A stretch of DNA of 64,000 bases, taken from NCBI GenBank assembly GCA_964515005.1, contig CAZEVT010000002.1, positions 28,968 through 92,967 of the forward strand. The letters run 5' to 3'. The DNA comes from an uncultured Gammaproteobacteria bacterium (GTDB lineage: Bacteria; Patescibacteriota; Microgenomatia; UBA10105; UBA927). This document shows, piece after piece, positions 8,862 to 18,791 of this stretch. Position numbers and translations under genes: made by a program. Position 1 is the stretch's first letter, and every line of letters starts with the position of its first letter. The notes under the pieces were generated by a model, which had not been told where the DNA came from, did no database searches, and saw only the letters and a list, made by a program, of their open reading frames with translations.

Positions 8862-9947
8862 TTAGGGGTTGCCTGTCTCGTAATATAGTTGAGTATTGGG
8901 CGGAGCCGGAAGCAAATCTCCAGTTTTACCATCTATCGTCATACCCGGAGGATATGGGACAAAAATCATTGTCCCTTCCGGAGCTGGTATAAAATAATAT
9001 CCCGCCACGTTTCCGCACATGCGGCAGTCTCCATCAGCATACCAATAGCCTGTTTCTCCCCGCGAAACTAATTGTGTAATAATAAATCCAGTCCCTTTAT
9101 CATTAAGGATCCATTGAGTTTTTGCCACCTCTTCAAATAATTTACCACCCTTCACATATGGTCCAACTGCGTGGGGCATTTGTAAATCTTCCTCTACTGA
9201 ATCTTGAGATAATTCGGGTTGCGGTAAAACATACCGCAAAGGAATTTCTCCTAGTCTTTTAGAATCTTCTATGGATCTATATATCTCTTTTGGTTGAGCT
9301 GATTCATTGTTACTCTTAGATAAGATCGCCACATTGGCTGCTTGAATCGGTTCCGACACCGGAATTTCTATAGTTGCAGGAGTAACTTTTAACCCACACG
9401 CAGCTAAGATAATGAGCGGCGATACGCGAACAGCAACTTTTGCCGTTAAACCGCTTATATCAAGTATTTTTGCGCTTGTTGGATCATCAGGATCTAACTC
9501 TTTTTGCAAGTAGGCACCGTATGCTTCAAACACATTTTGTGCAGTATCTGTTGCCTTTTTGGTTAATTCATGCGTTTCCCCATGAATTTTATGCGTCTGA
9601 GGTATGTTTGCAAGAGAGTCCAGAGCAAAATACTGAAGTGATGTTAAAGCGCTTGTTTGATCTGGTGTAAGCGCCTTGGGATTTGCGTATGCCCAACTCA
9701 GTTGATCCGACATCGTCTCAGGTTTTTTGTCTCCAGCGCGCAAAAGATGCATGTCATCTTCTGTGGCAGATAGGGGTCCAAAAAGTGAAAAAAGGGCTTC
9801 TGATGCGCGGGATCCACGCATTCCCTCCTTTTGGAAAATATTAAGGTGTTCTCGTATTGTCCGATCTCCGAGGCCTTTTGCTAAAGTAAATACAACCAAA
9901 TCTCCTGTGCCCTGGTCTGCTGACGGCATAAGTTCTGGCATATTCAT
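8862..9947 (-). CDS. Hypothetical protein (low-GC island)
   Basis: 361-aa ORF with no recognisable motifs. Local GC is clearly below that of the flanking pilus genes. Confidence 0.4.
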   Translation of the reverse strand: MNMPELMPSADQGTGDLVVFTLAKGLGDRTIREHLNIFQKEGMRGSRASEALFSLFGPLSATEDDMHLLRAGDKKPETMSDQLSWAYANPKALTPDQTSALTSLQYFALDSLANIPQTHKIHGETHELTKKATDTAQNVFEAYGAYLQKELDPDDPTSAKILDISGLTAKVAVRVSPLIILAACGLKVTPATIEIPVSEPIQAANVAILSKSNNESAQPKEIYRSIEDSKRLGEIPLRYVLPQPELSQDSVEEDLQMPHAVGPYVKGGKLFEEVAKTQWILNDKGTGFIITQLVSRGETGYWYADGDCRMCGNVAGYYFIPAPEGTMIFVPYPPGMTIDGKTGDLLPAPPNTQLYYETGNP

Positions 9948-10122
9948 ATGTACCCTATAGTATCATATTTGCACATTACTGTCAATCAACTGTACAGTGT
10001 CTACGGGCTCTTTTGCAACTACAAGGCTTCTTTAGGTATAGTATAGTATCTGTTTCTTGTCAAGCACATTGTATGCTTCAAAAATCTTAGCAAACATGCG
10101 GCCTTAAAATCTATATTACTCC

Positions 10123-10647
10123 TTGAAACTTATCAAAAATAAGAGCTACACTGATTATACAATGAATTGGAGAGTCATGACCTTGTTTGTATTCATTTTT
10201 CTCATCATTATGGCTTTGGGGGCATATTATTTCCGAACTTCAATATTCCCTCAAGGTCCGTTTAATACTATATTAGAATATAAACAGGCAATCGGTTTAA
10301 TTCAGTCAAACTGCAATGAAACAATGTTCAGTGACGACCAAAGTAAAATTGATTATTTTTTAGGACTTTATTCCTCATTTGGAAGTGACATACGTATCGA
10401 CGAAGGGTCAGGCTATTTTGTATCTCCCTCAAATAAACACTTTACATTACAGTTTTTCAATGTGGAAGAAGAGACAGTCATTGCCAAACGGCAACTCATC
10501 CTCTTCCCCTCGCCTACTGAGCAAAAATCCTATTGCTGGATAGCAGAAATTGAAGACACTCCTGGCATTGGCCGCGCAGCATATGAAACCCAATCTGGAG
10601 AAATAAAAGTGATTCGGGTAAAAAATCTACCTGCATTTTCTCCATAA
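10123..10647 (+). CDS. Hypothetical membrane-anchored protein
   Basis: N-terminal transmembrane helix (VMTLFVFIFLIIMALGAYYF); AT-rich; opposite strand to the surrounding pilus operon. Confidence 0.4.
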   Translation: MKLIKNKSYTDYTMNWRVMTLFVFIFLIIMALGAYYFRTSIFPQGPFNTILEYKQAIGLIQSNCNETMFSDDQSKIDYFLGLYSSFGSDIRIDEGSGYFVSPSNKHFTLQFFNVEEETVIAKRQLILFPSPTEQKSYCWIAEIEDTPGIGRAAYETQSGEIKVIRVKNLPAFSP

Positions 10648-10693
10648 AACATTTTTGCTTTTTGGTCACCGTATTGGTATATTTTAAATATAT

Positions 10694-11083
10694 ATGTCTA
10701 CATCGCTCAAAGTTTTTTTTACGATATTTACCGTGTTTATCGTTGGGCTAAGCGCCTATCTTGGATACGTTTATTTTTTCCGTTCGCCAAACCTCAATCC
10801 ATCTTTGAGTCAACCAGCCGCGGGTTCTGAGTCTCAGGGGACGGACTATCAAGGTCAGATACTTTGCATCCATGATACCAAAAAAGGTACATCGCTTTCG
10901 GCGTGTGACAGTTTTGGCATGATGATGAGTGATGACACATACTATGAACTGATATTGGGCAACGGGGTACGCGCAACCGGCTACACGCAGATGGAAAAAG
11001 TAAAGGTTTCAGGAGTACTCACGCCGGGGACCTCGCCGCTGGGGCTTGACGGCACCCTGACCGTCTCCAAAATCAGCAAATAA
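10694..11083 (+). CDS. Hypothetical membrane-anchored protein
   Basis: N-terminal transmembrane helix (VFFTIFTVFIVGLSAYLGYVYFF); AT-rich; paired with the preceding gene. Confidence 0.4.
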   Translation: MSTSLKVFFTIFTVFIVGLSAYLGYVYFFRSPNLNPSLSQPAAGSESQGTDYQGQILCIHDTKKGTSLSACDSFGMMMSDDTYYELILGNGVRATGYTQMEKVKVSGVLTPGTSPLGLDGTLTVSKISK

Positions 11084-11090
11084 CCAAACA

Positions 11091-11645
11091 TTAGTTTCTC
11101 GGAGTTACCAAGCTTTGGAACTGCCACCGCGCTGCTTCAAGCGTGCCCTGGCCTTCTCCCAGCTGTCCCAAATAGAAACTGATGGTCGTTGATGATGCCA
11201 CACCCGCGCTTGTGGGACACGAGAACGTAAGGGAATTATCTGCACAGCTAAAATCTCCCGACGCGCTCAGAGTTACCGAGCCATCGGTTAAATAGGAGAT
11301 TGTGCCTGTTGCCGATACCGAGGCGATACGCGCCGCAGTCCCATCCGATACACACGTGACCGTTGTCGTTGCGTTATCCGCATTACGGAATACCGCAGAC
11401 GGCGTCGTTACCTCCGCTGCATCGCAGACGGTCTCGACTGCCACGGCGTCCCGTATGAGCCGCTCAAGCACTCCCAGGGCAAACTCCCCGCTGCTTTTCA
11501 CGTTCTCAAGGGTACCTACTTTTTTGTTGACCCGGGTCGTCGTAAACAGGACCTGCGTGATAAGCGTACTGACTACGGCCAGTATCCCCACGGAAATAAG
11601 CACCTCAATAAGCGTAAATCCCCGGAACTTGAATATTTTTTTCAT
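11091..11645 (-). CDS. Type IV pilin-like (prepilin) protein
   Basis: Class III signal peptide MKKIFKFRG|FTLIEVLISVGILAVV, with Glu at position +5. Confidence 0.65.
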   Translation of the reverse strand: MKKIFKFRGFTLIEVLISVGILAVVSTLITQVLFTTTRVNKKVGTLENVKSSGEFALGVLERLIRDAVAVETVCDAAEVTTPSAVFRNADNATTTVTCVSDGTAARIASVSATGTISYLTDGSVTLSASGDFSCADNSLTFSCPTSAGVASSTTISFYLGQLGEGQGTLEAARWQFQSLVTPRN

Positions 11646-11646
11646 A

Positions 11647-12108
11647 TCATCTCCACTGAGTCAAATAGGTCTCAAGCTCCACAGAATTTCCCGACGTTCC
11701 GGTCTCTCCCCACGATACGTCAACGCGTACGGACATTTTTTCGACTGGATTAGTTGGGCTCTCCGGGATAAGCCGCAAGGTCACCATGCGGATATACAGG
11801 TCGCCGATATTCTGTGCACTGCAGGTCGTACTCGTTGCCACGAATTCGGCGTTTTCTCCAACACAATACCCCGTTTCTACTGCACCCATTTCCGCAAATT
11901 TATTCCACGAATCATCCCGAAGTTGTCGCGCCAGCTCTATCCCTTCGGCCGCGTACTTGGTGGCAGTGCTGCGCACCTGCGTGTCCTGGGCACTCCCCAA
12001 AACTGCCGTCGTCCCCGCAATGATGCCGACGGCCAGAACAACGACAACGCCGATAACCACGACCATCTCCACCAGTGACTGCCCTTGTTGATACAGGTAT
12101 TTTTTCAT
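11647..12108 (-). CDS. Prepilin-like minor pilin
   Basis: QQG|QSLVEMVVVIGVVVVLAVGII is a degenerate prepilin leader with Glu at +5. Tightly packed with the neighbouring pilin genes. Confidence 0.5.
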   Translation of the reverse strand: MKKYLYQQGQSLVEMVVVIGVVVVLAVGIIAGTTAVLGSAQDTQVRSTATKYAAEGIELARQLRDDSWNKFAEMGAVETGYCVGENAEFVATSTTCSAQNIGDLYIRMVTLRLIPESPTNPVEKMSVRVDVSWGETGTSGNSVELETYLTQWR

Positions 12109-12111
12109 GCG

Positions 12112-12606
12112 TTATGGCACCTCGTCCACAATACCGGACGACAGCACGGAAAGCCTCGCCGTGTTTGTGTTTGCCGAAATTTCGATCACCTGCGCCACCG
12201 ACGCACCCCGGTCAAGCGGCAGGAAAAGAAACATCTGGGGCAGGAGAGTAAACATCACCCCCGGAGGAAGCGTATAGGTTTCTTTTATCCCTACCTCTTC
12301 TTGCACTCCTTGCGCCTCGCAGAGGGCAGTTGCGGTATAGGTGTTCGTCGTTGGAAATTCGACTCTGTACCCCACGAGCGTGTCGCACCCTTCCGGCTTG
12401 ATCCCGGACGCGGCACGTGTACGCGCTGCCCCGAGATTACTCTTGAGCGTGAGCGCGGCTTGAGTGACGGTTTGTTTATCGTTAAATCTACTGTACCCCG
12501 CAATCAGAAGTCCTGATAAAACAAGAAGGAGAGTGACGCTTACCAGTATTTCAATAAAGGTAAAACCGGCGCGCTGGCAGGATGGCTTAGGGGTTCTTAA
12601 TTCCAT
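12112..12606 (-). CDS. Type IV pilin-like protein
   Basis: QRAG|FTFIEILVSVTLLLVL prepilin motif. Start placed at the internal Met (MELRTPKP), giving a short leader. Confidence 0.6.
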   Translation of the reverse strand: MELRTPKPSCQRAGFTFIEILVSVTLLLVLSGLLIAGYSRFNDKQTVTQAALTLKSNLGAARTRAASGIKPEGCDTLVGYRVEFPTTNTYTATALCEAQGVQEEVGIKETYTLPPGVMFTLLPQMFLFLPLDRGASVAQVIEISANTNTARLSVLSSGIVDEVP

Positions 12607-13057
12607 AATTGCACTCTGCAGGAAGCTGGGTAACGCCAAGCGGTGCACATTCGTTTTTCCCGGCCTGCGTTTCTATCCAGCCGCAGAGGCAATAGGAGTA
12701 AAAATTCGTACCCGTTCCGCCTACCACGGGATTATAGAAATACGTCTTGATCGCCAAAGGGACACTTTGGGGATCCATAGGAACAGACGGAAGGTACGTG
12801 GGGACCAAAGGCCCAGTCCCATCCCCGGAATCGAGTCCGGTTAATGCCACAAATCCGGTAACGGTCCCCGGATATACGCCGTTGTCAGCCCGGTAGAGCT
12901 CAAGGGCGCTTCGCACCTGTTCAAGGTCGGAAACGCGCTTGGCGTCGCGGGACCGTTTGTTGACCGATGCATACGATACCATGCCGATTGCAGATAAAAC
13001 AGATACGATGGTTGCGGCAACCAGTATTTCGATAAGGGTAAAGCCTTTATTTCTCAT
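12587..13057 (-). CDS. GspG/PulG-like pseudopilin / type IV pilin
   Basis: MRNKG|FTLIEILVA followed by DAKRVSDLEQVRSALELYRADNGVYP, the GspG-type signature. Confidence 0.7.
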   Translation of the reverse strand: MRNKGFTLIEILVAATIVSVLSAIGMVSYASVNKRSRDAKRVSDLEQVRSALELYRADNGVYPGTVTGFVALTGLDSGDGTGPLVPTYLPSVPMDPQSVPLAIKTYFYNPVVGGTGTNFYSYCLCGWIETQAGKNECAPLGVTQLPAECNYGIKNP

Positions 13058-13467
13058 TGCAGATTGTGCACGCAAAAGAACCCTTTGTATGCGCCCGATG
13101 CCGTGCCGCCGCCACAGTCTACATCTGTGTTGGTTTCACCCTCAAGGCCGGCGCACAAACAATAACTTGCGGCCGCGCATTGACTCCTTCCGGGAGCATC
13201 GGTATAGAGCTCACCTGATTTGGGGTCTTTGGGAATCCCACCGGGCAAATACGCCGCGCTTATGGCACAGCTTAATGGGTAATTACTATTGTTGTCTGCG
13301 TAATACTGCTCCCAGGCGTTTTGCATAGCCTTCATGTCACTCCGTCTTCTGGTGTCGCGGGTTTTCAGTTGCGCGGAGGCATACGATACCGCGCTCACCG
13401 ACACCAAAATACCGATAAGGGCGATGACGATAAGGAGTTCAATAAGGGTAAAGCCTTTTCTTTTCAT
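13054..13467 (-). CDS. Type IV pilin (GspG-like)
   Basis: MKRKG|FTLIELLIVIALIGIL followed by DMKAMQNAWEQYYADNNSNYP, with C-terminal Cys pairs. Confidence 0.7.
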   Translation of the reverse strand: MKRKGFTLIELLIVIALIGILVSVSAVSYASAQLKTRDTRRRSDMKAMQNAWEQYYADNNSNYPLSCAISAAYLPGGIPKDPKSGELYTDAPGRSQCAAASYCLCAGLEGETNTDVDCGGGTASGAYKGFFCVHNLQ

Positions 13468-14180
13468 ACGAATCTATTCCACCAGGTCAGTATATCGTGT
13501 CCCCATAGATAAGCGACAGCGGTACCTAAAACAAGAAACGGGCCAAAGGCGATTTTACTTTTCCATCCCTTTTTCCCAACCAACATCAGTATGACACCGA
13601 CAAAAGCCCCGGTCAAGAATGCGATATAAAAGGCAACAACCACCGCAGGGAAGCCTAAGAGAAGCCCCATAAGAAACGCGAGCTTCACATCACCAAACCC
13701 CATACCCCGGCCGCGGGTGGCGGCCCACAGGATATACAAAAAGGCAAAACTACCGAGGGCAGGAAGGATATGTATTCCCATGGCAAGAGTGGCGAATAGG
13801 CCGACGACAATCATGCTGTCCGGAATAATTTGCTCCTTGAGATCGGAAACGAAAATCACGAGGAACGAAGAAAACAACACATAGAGCGGCAGCGGAGAAT
13901 GAGAGGAGTACAAATATAAAAATCCAAGCGACGTTGCCAGTTCCACGAGGGGATATTGGATAGATAATGGCTTGTGACAACGAAGGCACCTGCCGCCCTG
14001 GAGAACAAACGATAGGACGGGGATAAGTTCAAACCAACGGAGAACTTTTTTACAATGGTCACAGTGGGAGCGTCCCCACAAGACGGATTCTCCGCGCGAG
14101 CCGCGATCGGCAAGCACGTTAAGAAAGGAACCAACGCAGAGGCCGAAGAAAGAAACAAGAGTGGCAGCAATCGCCATCAC
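13464..14180 (-). CDS. pilD: Prepilin peptidase (A24 family)
   Basis: CDHC...CLRC zinc-binding tetracysteine plus multi-transmembrane A24 peptidase core, 238 aa. Confidence 0.85.
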   Translation of the reverse strand: MMAIAATLVSFFGLCVGSFLNVLADRGSRGESVLWGRSHCDHCKKVLRWFELIPVLSFVLQGGRCLRCHKPLSIQYPLVELATSLGFLYLYSSHSPLPLYVLFSSFLVIFVSDLKEQIIPDSMIVVGLFATLAMGIHILPALGSFAFLYILWAATRGRGMGFGDVKLAFLMGLLLGFPAVVVAFYIAFLTGAFVGVILMLVGKKGWKSKIAFGPFLVLGTAVAYLWGHDILTWWNRFV

Positions 14181-14689
14181 TTAATGCACCAATAGCAATC
14201 CTTGGCGCCCGCCGGAGTTTCACTTTTACAGCCGTTATCCAGCACGCCTGCTATATCGTATTTTGTATTGGGGTCGGCCTGAAATGATTTGGATGTGGGC
14301 ATGTAGCAGACGGCGGCCGCACTATCAACCGCGCTTCCCGTCACAAAAACCTTATCAAGCTTCCCGGCCTGAATGGTCATAAAATCACTCCGCAGCTCTC
14401 CCGCTGCGATCATAGCAGTTATTGCCGCAGTCACCGTGCCGCCGCTTAAGGCCTCTTTATTGGGGTCATTGCCGGTCCAGGGCATCTCATTTTTCACCGA
14501 GTAGTACCTGATAATCGCCGTCTGGACCTGGTTGACCAGATCCCGGGTTCCGGTGTCGGTACCTTTTTTGAGCTGTTCAAACGGGTCGATGGCGCCGATG
14601 AGACCAACGGCCAAGGCTCCGAGAAGCGCAATCACGATAAGAAGTTCAATGAGCGTAAATCCTTTACTTCGGGAAAAATAATTTCTCAT
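14177..14689 (-). CDS. pilA: Type IV pilin, candidate major pilin
   Basis: SRSKG|FTLIELLIVIALLGALA leader. First pilin gene after pilC, with a C-terminal disulfide pair (CKSETPAGAKDCYWC). Confidence 0.7.
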   Translation of the reverse strand: MRNYFSRSKGFTLIELLIVIALLGALAVGLIGAIDPFEQLKKGTDTGTRDLVNQVQTAIIRYYSVKNEMPWTGNDPNKEALSGGTVTAAITAMIAAGELRSDFMTIQAGKLDKVFVTGSAVDSAAAVCYMPTSKSFQADPNTKYDIAGVLDNGCKSETPAGAKDCYWCIK

Positions 14690-14706
14690 ATACATTAGGT
14701 GTAGCA

Positions 14707-15918
14707 TCATTTGAACTGTGATGTCAAGTTATAAATCGGGGTGATGACGGAAATGACGATAAATCCAACGCCGACTCCCAAGACTACCATGATAATAGGC
14801 TCGATTGCGGTCGTGAGGCCTTTGACGAGTATTTCCGACTCGCTCTGGAAATAGTGCGACAGCTTCATGAGCGTCTCGTCAAGCTTGCCGGTTTCCTCAC
14901 CGACCTTCATCATCTGGGATACAATCGGCGGAAATACGTCGTGCTGGGCAAATGAGTCGCCCAAAGGCAGCCCTTTCTCAACTTTTTTTGCAATATCGGC
15001 AATCGCGGTCCTAAAAAGGACATTGGCGAGCGAATCTTTGAGAATCTGGAGTCCGTCCAGTATATGAATGCCGGACCCGATGAGCATCCCTAAGGTCCTC
15101 GTAAACTCAACAAGAATGATCTTTTTGGTAAGTTCGCCAAACAAAGGAATCTTGAGAACCAAGCGGTCGATTGTCTGCTGTCCCATGGCCGTTGCCCGCC
15201 ATGTTCTGAATCCCCAGGCGCCCGCGCCCGCGCCAATGATCACGAGCCACCAGAACCGGACAAAGAATCCGGAAACGGACATGAGGAGTCGCGTCGTCCA
15301 GGGAAGCGAAATGTTAAAGTCGCGGTACAAATCCGTCAGCTTGGGGACGACAACCACCATCATGACGCCAACGACCCCCACCATACCGATAAGAATGATG
15401 ATCGGGTAGATCATCGCACCCGACACCTTGCTCCTAAACTCACGCTGGGCCTCCAGGGAATCCGCAAGCCGGGTCAACACCTGATCCAGGGTGCCTGACG
15501 CTTCTCCTGCACGGACAAGGGCGAGAAATGTGCCGGAAAAGTACTTCGGATATTTGGCAAGGGCGTCTCCCAGGTTGCCGCCGCCCACGATTTGATGTTC
15601 CACATCAACCAAGAGCTCGGCAAACACTTTGTTGGTCGCCTGCGTCCGAAGTATGGTGAGCGCTTCCGGAAGTGATAGGCCCGCCGTGACCATGGTAGAG
15701 AGCTGGCGGGTAAAATTGGCAATGTCGCTCGCGCTTACCCTTTTGAACATCTGCTCAAAGCTCGCAAGCGAAAGTCCTTCCTTGGACTCCGCGATCGAAA
15801 CGACAAACAACTGCTTGTCATGAAGCAGGCGGACGGCGACTTGCGAATTTGGCGCTTCAACCAACCCCGAAATAATCTGGGATTGCGCATTTTGTGCTTT
15901 GTACTGAAAAACAGCCAT
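14707..15918 (-). CDS. pilC: Type IV pilus platform protein PilC (GspF family)
   Basis: Two GspF repeats and three transmembrane segments, 403 aa. Directly downstream of pilT. Confidence 0.9.
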   Translation of the reverse strand: MAVFQYKAQNAQSQIISGLVEAPNSQVAVRLLHDKQLFVVSIAESKEGLSLASFEQMFKRVSASDIANFTRQLSTMVTAGLSLPEALTILRTQATNKVFAELLVDVEHQIVGGGNLGDALAKYPKYFSGTFLALVRAGEASGTLDQVLTRLADSLEAQREFRSKVSGAMIYPIIILIGMVGVVGVMMVVVVPKLTDLYRDFNISLPWTTRLLMSVSGFFVRFWWLVIIGAGAGAWGFRTWRATAMGQQTIDRLVLKIPLFGELTKKIILVEFTRTLGMLIGSGIHILDGLQILKDSLANVLFRTAIADIAKKVEKGLPLGDSFAQHDVFPPIVSQMMKVGEETGKLDETLMKLSHYFQSESEILVKGLTTAIEPIIMVVLGVGVGFIVISVITPIYNLTSQFK

Positions 15919-15937
15919 GGTTATCCTTGCTTTAGAT

Positions 15938-16993
15938 TTATCCTTGCTTTATGAGGCGCCCGAGCTCTTCCGGACGGAGGGCATAGCTTTGGGCTACCTC
16001 CAGCGTGATTTTTCCCGCCTTTACGGCTTTGGCAAGGGCGGTTTCCAGGGTCTCCATCCCCAGCTCCGCCGACGTTTGGATGACGTTGTCTATAAGATGC
16101 GACTTGCCGTCGCGGATCGTGGTTTTGATAGCAGGCGTGGCCGTCATGATTTCCGTAACCGGAATGCGACCTCCGGATACGGCGGGAATAAGCCGCTGGG
16201 ACAAAACGCCCTCAATAACCGCCGCAAGCTGGAGGCGAATTTGCACCTGTTGATTTTCCGGAAACACGTCGACGATGCGGTCAATCGTTTGGGCCGCTGA
16301 ATTGGTGTGGAGGGTCGCAAACACCAGGTGGCCGGTTTCCGCAATCGTGAGGGCCGCCGAAATAGTCTCGAGATCGCGCATTTCACCAATGAGGACAACG
16401 TCGGGGTCTTCCCGCAGGACACTTCGGAGGGCAACCGTCCAGGAGTGCGTATCCTGATGCATCTCGCGCTGGGAAATAATGGAGAGTCCCGGCGGATAGA
16501 CGTATTCAATCGGGTCTTCAATCGTCACCACATGGACGGCTTTTGTTTGATTGATGGTCTGGATCATCGACGCCAGCGTCGTTGACTTCCCGTGTCCCGT
16601 GGGCCCGGTCACCAGGATAAACCCCTGCCGCAGTTTGACGAATTCATGACAAATTTGGGGCAAACCCAACTCTTCAAGCGAAAGAATTTTTTCGGGAATG
16701 AGCCGGAAGTCCACAGCCACGGATGCTTTTTGGTAATAGACGTTTGCGCGAAACCGATTTTTGCCAAAGGGGACGGAAAAATCTATTTCCTTATTGGTCA
16801 AAAACAAGTCTTTTTCCTCGGGAGTAAACACCGAAAAAACAAGCTCTTGGGTGTCGGTGGGCGTAAGAGGCGCGGCCCCGGCAAGCGGCGAAAGCTTGCC
16901 CGAAACGCGCACGACCGGCGGGTAGCCGGCGATAAGATGAAGATCAGAGGCGGTGAGCCGCAGCGTTTCTGAAAATAATTGTTTTACATCCAT
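15938..16993 (-). CDS. pilT: Twitching-motility retraction ATPase PilT
   Basis: Walker A GPTGHGKST, Asp box and Walker B (VVLIGEMRD) in a 351-aa protein with no N-terminal GSPII domain, which is PilT-like. Confidence 0.9.
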   Translation of the reverse strand: MDVKQLFSETLRLTASDLHLIAGYPPVVRVSGKLSPLAGAAPLTPTDTQELVFSVFTPEEKDLFLTNKEIDFSVPFGKNRFRANVYYQKASVAVDFRLIPEKILSLEELGLPQICHEFVKLRQGFILVTGPTGHGKSTTLASMIQTINQTKAVHVVTIEDPIEYVYPPGLSIISQREMHQDTHSWTVALRSVLREDPDVVLIGEMRDLETISAALTIAETGHLVFATLHTNSAAQTIDRIVDVFPENQQVQIRLQLAAVIEGVLSQRLIPAVSGGRIPVTEIMTATPAIKTTIRDGKSHLIDNVIQTSAELGMETLETALAKAVKAGKITLEVAQSYALRPEELGRLIKQG

Positions 16994-17027
16994 AGATGAA
17001 TTATATCCATAATTTCATATCCATACG

Positions 17028-18749
17028 TTAGTCCTGCGCAACCCGGAGCACTTCCTCAAGTGACGTTGTCCCTTCCATGGCCTTTATGTATCCGTCCTGT
17101 TTCATGGTCATCATGCCTTCGGCAACTGCCGCGTCTTCGATGTCCTTCATTGAGGCTCGCGCGGCAATGCGTTTGCTGATTTCGCCTGATACCGGCAGGA
17201 CTTCAAAAACACCGATCCGTCCCAAATACCCGGATCCGCCGCATGCCGTACACGGCTGACCGTTTATGGTCCCCTTACCCCGGTATAATACAATGTTTTT
17301 GTCTTTGGGAAGCAAAGGGCCCAGTACGTCGGTAATATCTTTTTTCGTTGCCTCGTCGGGCGCAAACTCTTCCTTACACGTCGAGCAAATTTTTCGGGCG
17401 ATCCGCTGCCCCACGACCGCCGAGAGCGAAGAAACGATAAGAAAGGGTTCAGCGCCTAAATCCAAAAGTCGGGGAATTGCGCCTGACGCATTATTCGTGT
17501 GCAGGGTGGAAAATACTAGGTGTCCGGTAAGGGCCGCTTGGATCGCTAGCTCCGTCGTTTCACGGTCACGAACTTCTCCCACGAGGATAATATTGGGGTC
17601 TTGACGTAAAAAGCTTCGCAGACCCGTGGCAAAGGTGAGGCCTGCCGCGGGATTTATCTGCACCTGATTGACGCCGGTTATTTCATACTCAACCGGATCC
17701 TCAAGCGTCATGATATTGACCCTCGCGTTATTGAGGCGCGACAAAACCGCATACAAAGTCGTGGTTTTTCCGGATCCGGTCGGTCCGGTAACGAGGATGA
17801 TGCCGTGCGGACGCGCGATATTGGCCTCCAGATTCTTGAGGGCCAAGCCACGCAGCCCCAGGTCCTGCAAGGTCGGGATGCCGCCGGACTTTTTCAAGAG
17901 CCGCATCACGATTTTTTCTCCGTGCACGGTCGGCAAAGTGGAGACACGAAGGTCAACTTCGGATTCTGCCATTTTAAAATTAAACCGGCCGTCCTGGGGA
18001 ATACGCCGTTCGTCAATTTTCATATTCCCCAAAATTTTAATGCGTGAAACGACCGCATCATGAAGTCGCTTGGGGAGAACCAGCCGTTCCTGCAAAATGC
18101 CGTCGACGCGGTAGCGGACGCGCGTATCGCCCGTTTGCGGCTCGATATGGACGTCGGAAGCGCGCAGACGAATCGCCTGCTCCAGGGTCGCCGAGACAAT
18201 TTGGGCAATGGGCGCTTCCCGGATAACCTCGCCCAGACGGCCCGCCTCATACGTTTTTACTTCGGGTTGGGTAGATTCCTTCAGCGCCGCCGATACATCT
18301 TCTCCCAAATTTTGCGAATACGTCTCGTCAATGGCAGCCGTGATATCAGCCGCCACTGCCATATACGGACGCACGCGCTTGCCGGATTTCTTTTCAATAA
18401 ATTCAATAACCTGAAAATCCAAGGGGTCCATCATGGCAACCGATAGTTCGTTGGTTGCGGCGTCAAACTGGAACGGCAAGAGGGTATACCGGCGGGCAAC
18501 CGGCTCCGACACAAAATTTACAATTGCCGGGGCTATTGCGCGACCGGCAAGCGTGATGAAGGGGATATTAAGAGACGCGGCTTTGGCATGGGCCAGATCT
18601 ACATCAGACACCAGGCGTTTTTCCCGAAGGATATCTTCGACTCCGGTGCCGCGGGCCAAAGACTCGGTCATCACGGCATCTGCCTGTGCCTGAACGAGCT
18701 TACCGGCGGCGGTGAGTGCGGAAAGAATGGCTTGGGCAGTTGCTGGCAT
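17028..18749 (-). CDS. pilB: Type IV pilus assembly ATPase PilB (GspE family)
   Basis: Walker A GPTGSGKTTT and a C-terminal tetracysteine (CSTCKEEF...CTACGGSG). Start placed at the internal Met (MPATAQAIL) so it does not overlap the divergent holB-like gene; the track ORF runs to 18797. Confidence 0.85.
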   Translation of the reverse strand: MPATAQAILSALTAAGKLVQAQADAVMTESLARGTGVEDILREKRLVSDVDLAHAKAASLNIPFITLAGRAIAPAIVNFVSEPVARRYTLLPFQFDAATNELSVAMMDPLDFQVIEFIEKKSGKRVRPYMAVAADITAAIDETYSQNLGEDVSAALKESTQPEVKTYEAGRLGEVIREAPIAQIVSATLEQAIRLRASDVHIEPQTGDTRVRYRVDGILQERLVLPKRLHDAVVSRIKILGNMKIDERRIPQDGRFNFKMAESEVDLRVSTLPTVHGEKIVMRLLKKSGGIPTLQDLGLRGLALKNLEANIARPHGIILVTGPTGSGKTTTLYAVLSRLNNARVNIMTLEDPVEYEITGVNQVQINPAAGLTFATGLRSFLRQDPNIILVGEVRDRETTELAIQAALTGHLVFSTLHTNNASGAIPRLLDLGAEPFLIVSSLSAVVGQRIARKICSTCKEEFAPDEATKKDITDVLGPLLPKDKNIVLYRGKGTINGQPCTACGGSGYLGRIGVFEVLPVSGEISKRIAARASMKDIEDAAVAEGMMTMKQDGYIKAMEGTTSLEEVLRVAQD

Positions 18750-18791
18750 AGTATTTATTATTGATGCTTTTGGCGTATAATGCAAGGGTTC

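Noticed and set aside
11302-12108. 258-aa and 101-aa plus-strand ORFs across the pilin genes
   Set aside because: They are antisense to three well-supported prepilin genes. Their Ser/Thr/Ala-rich composition mirrors pilin codon usage.
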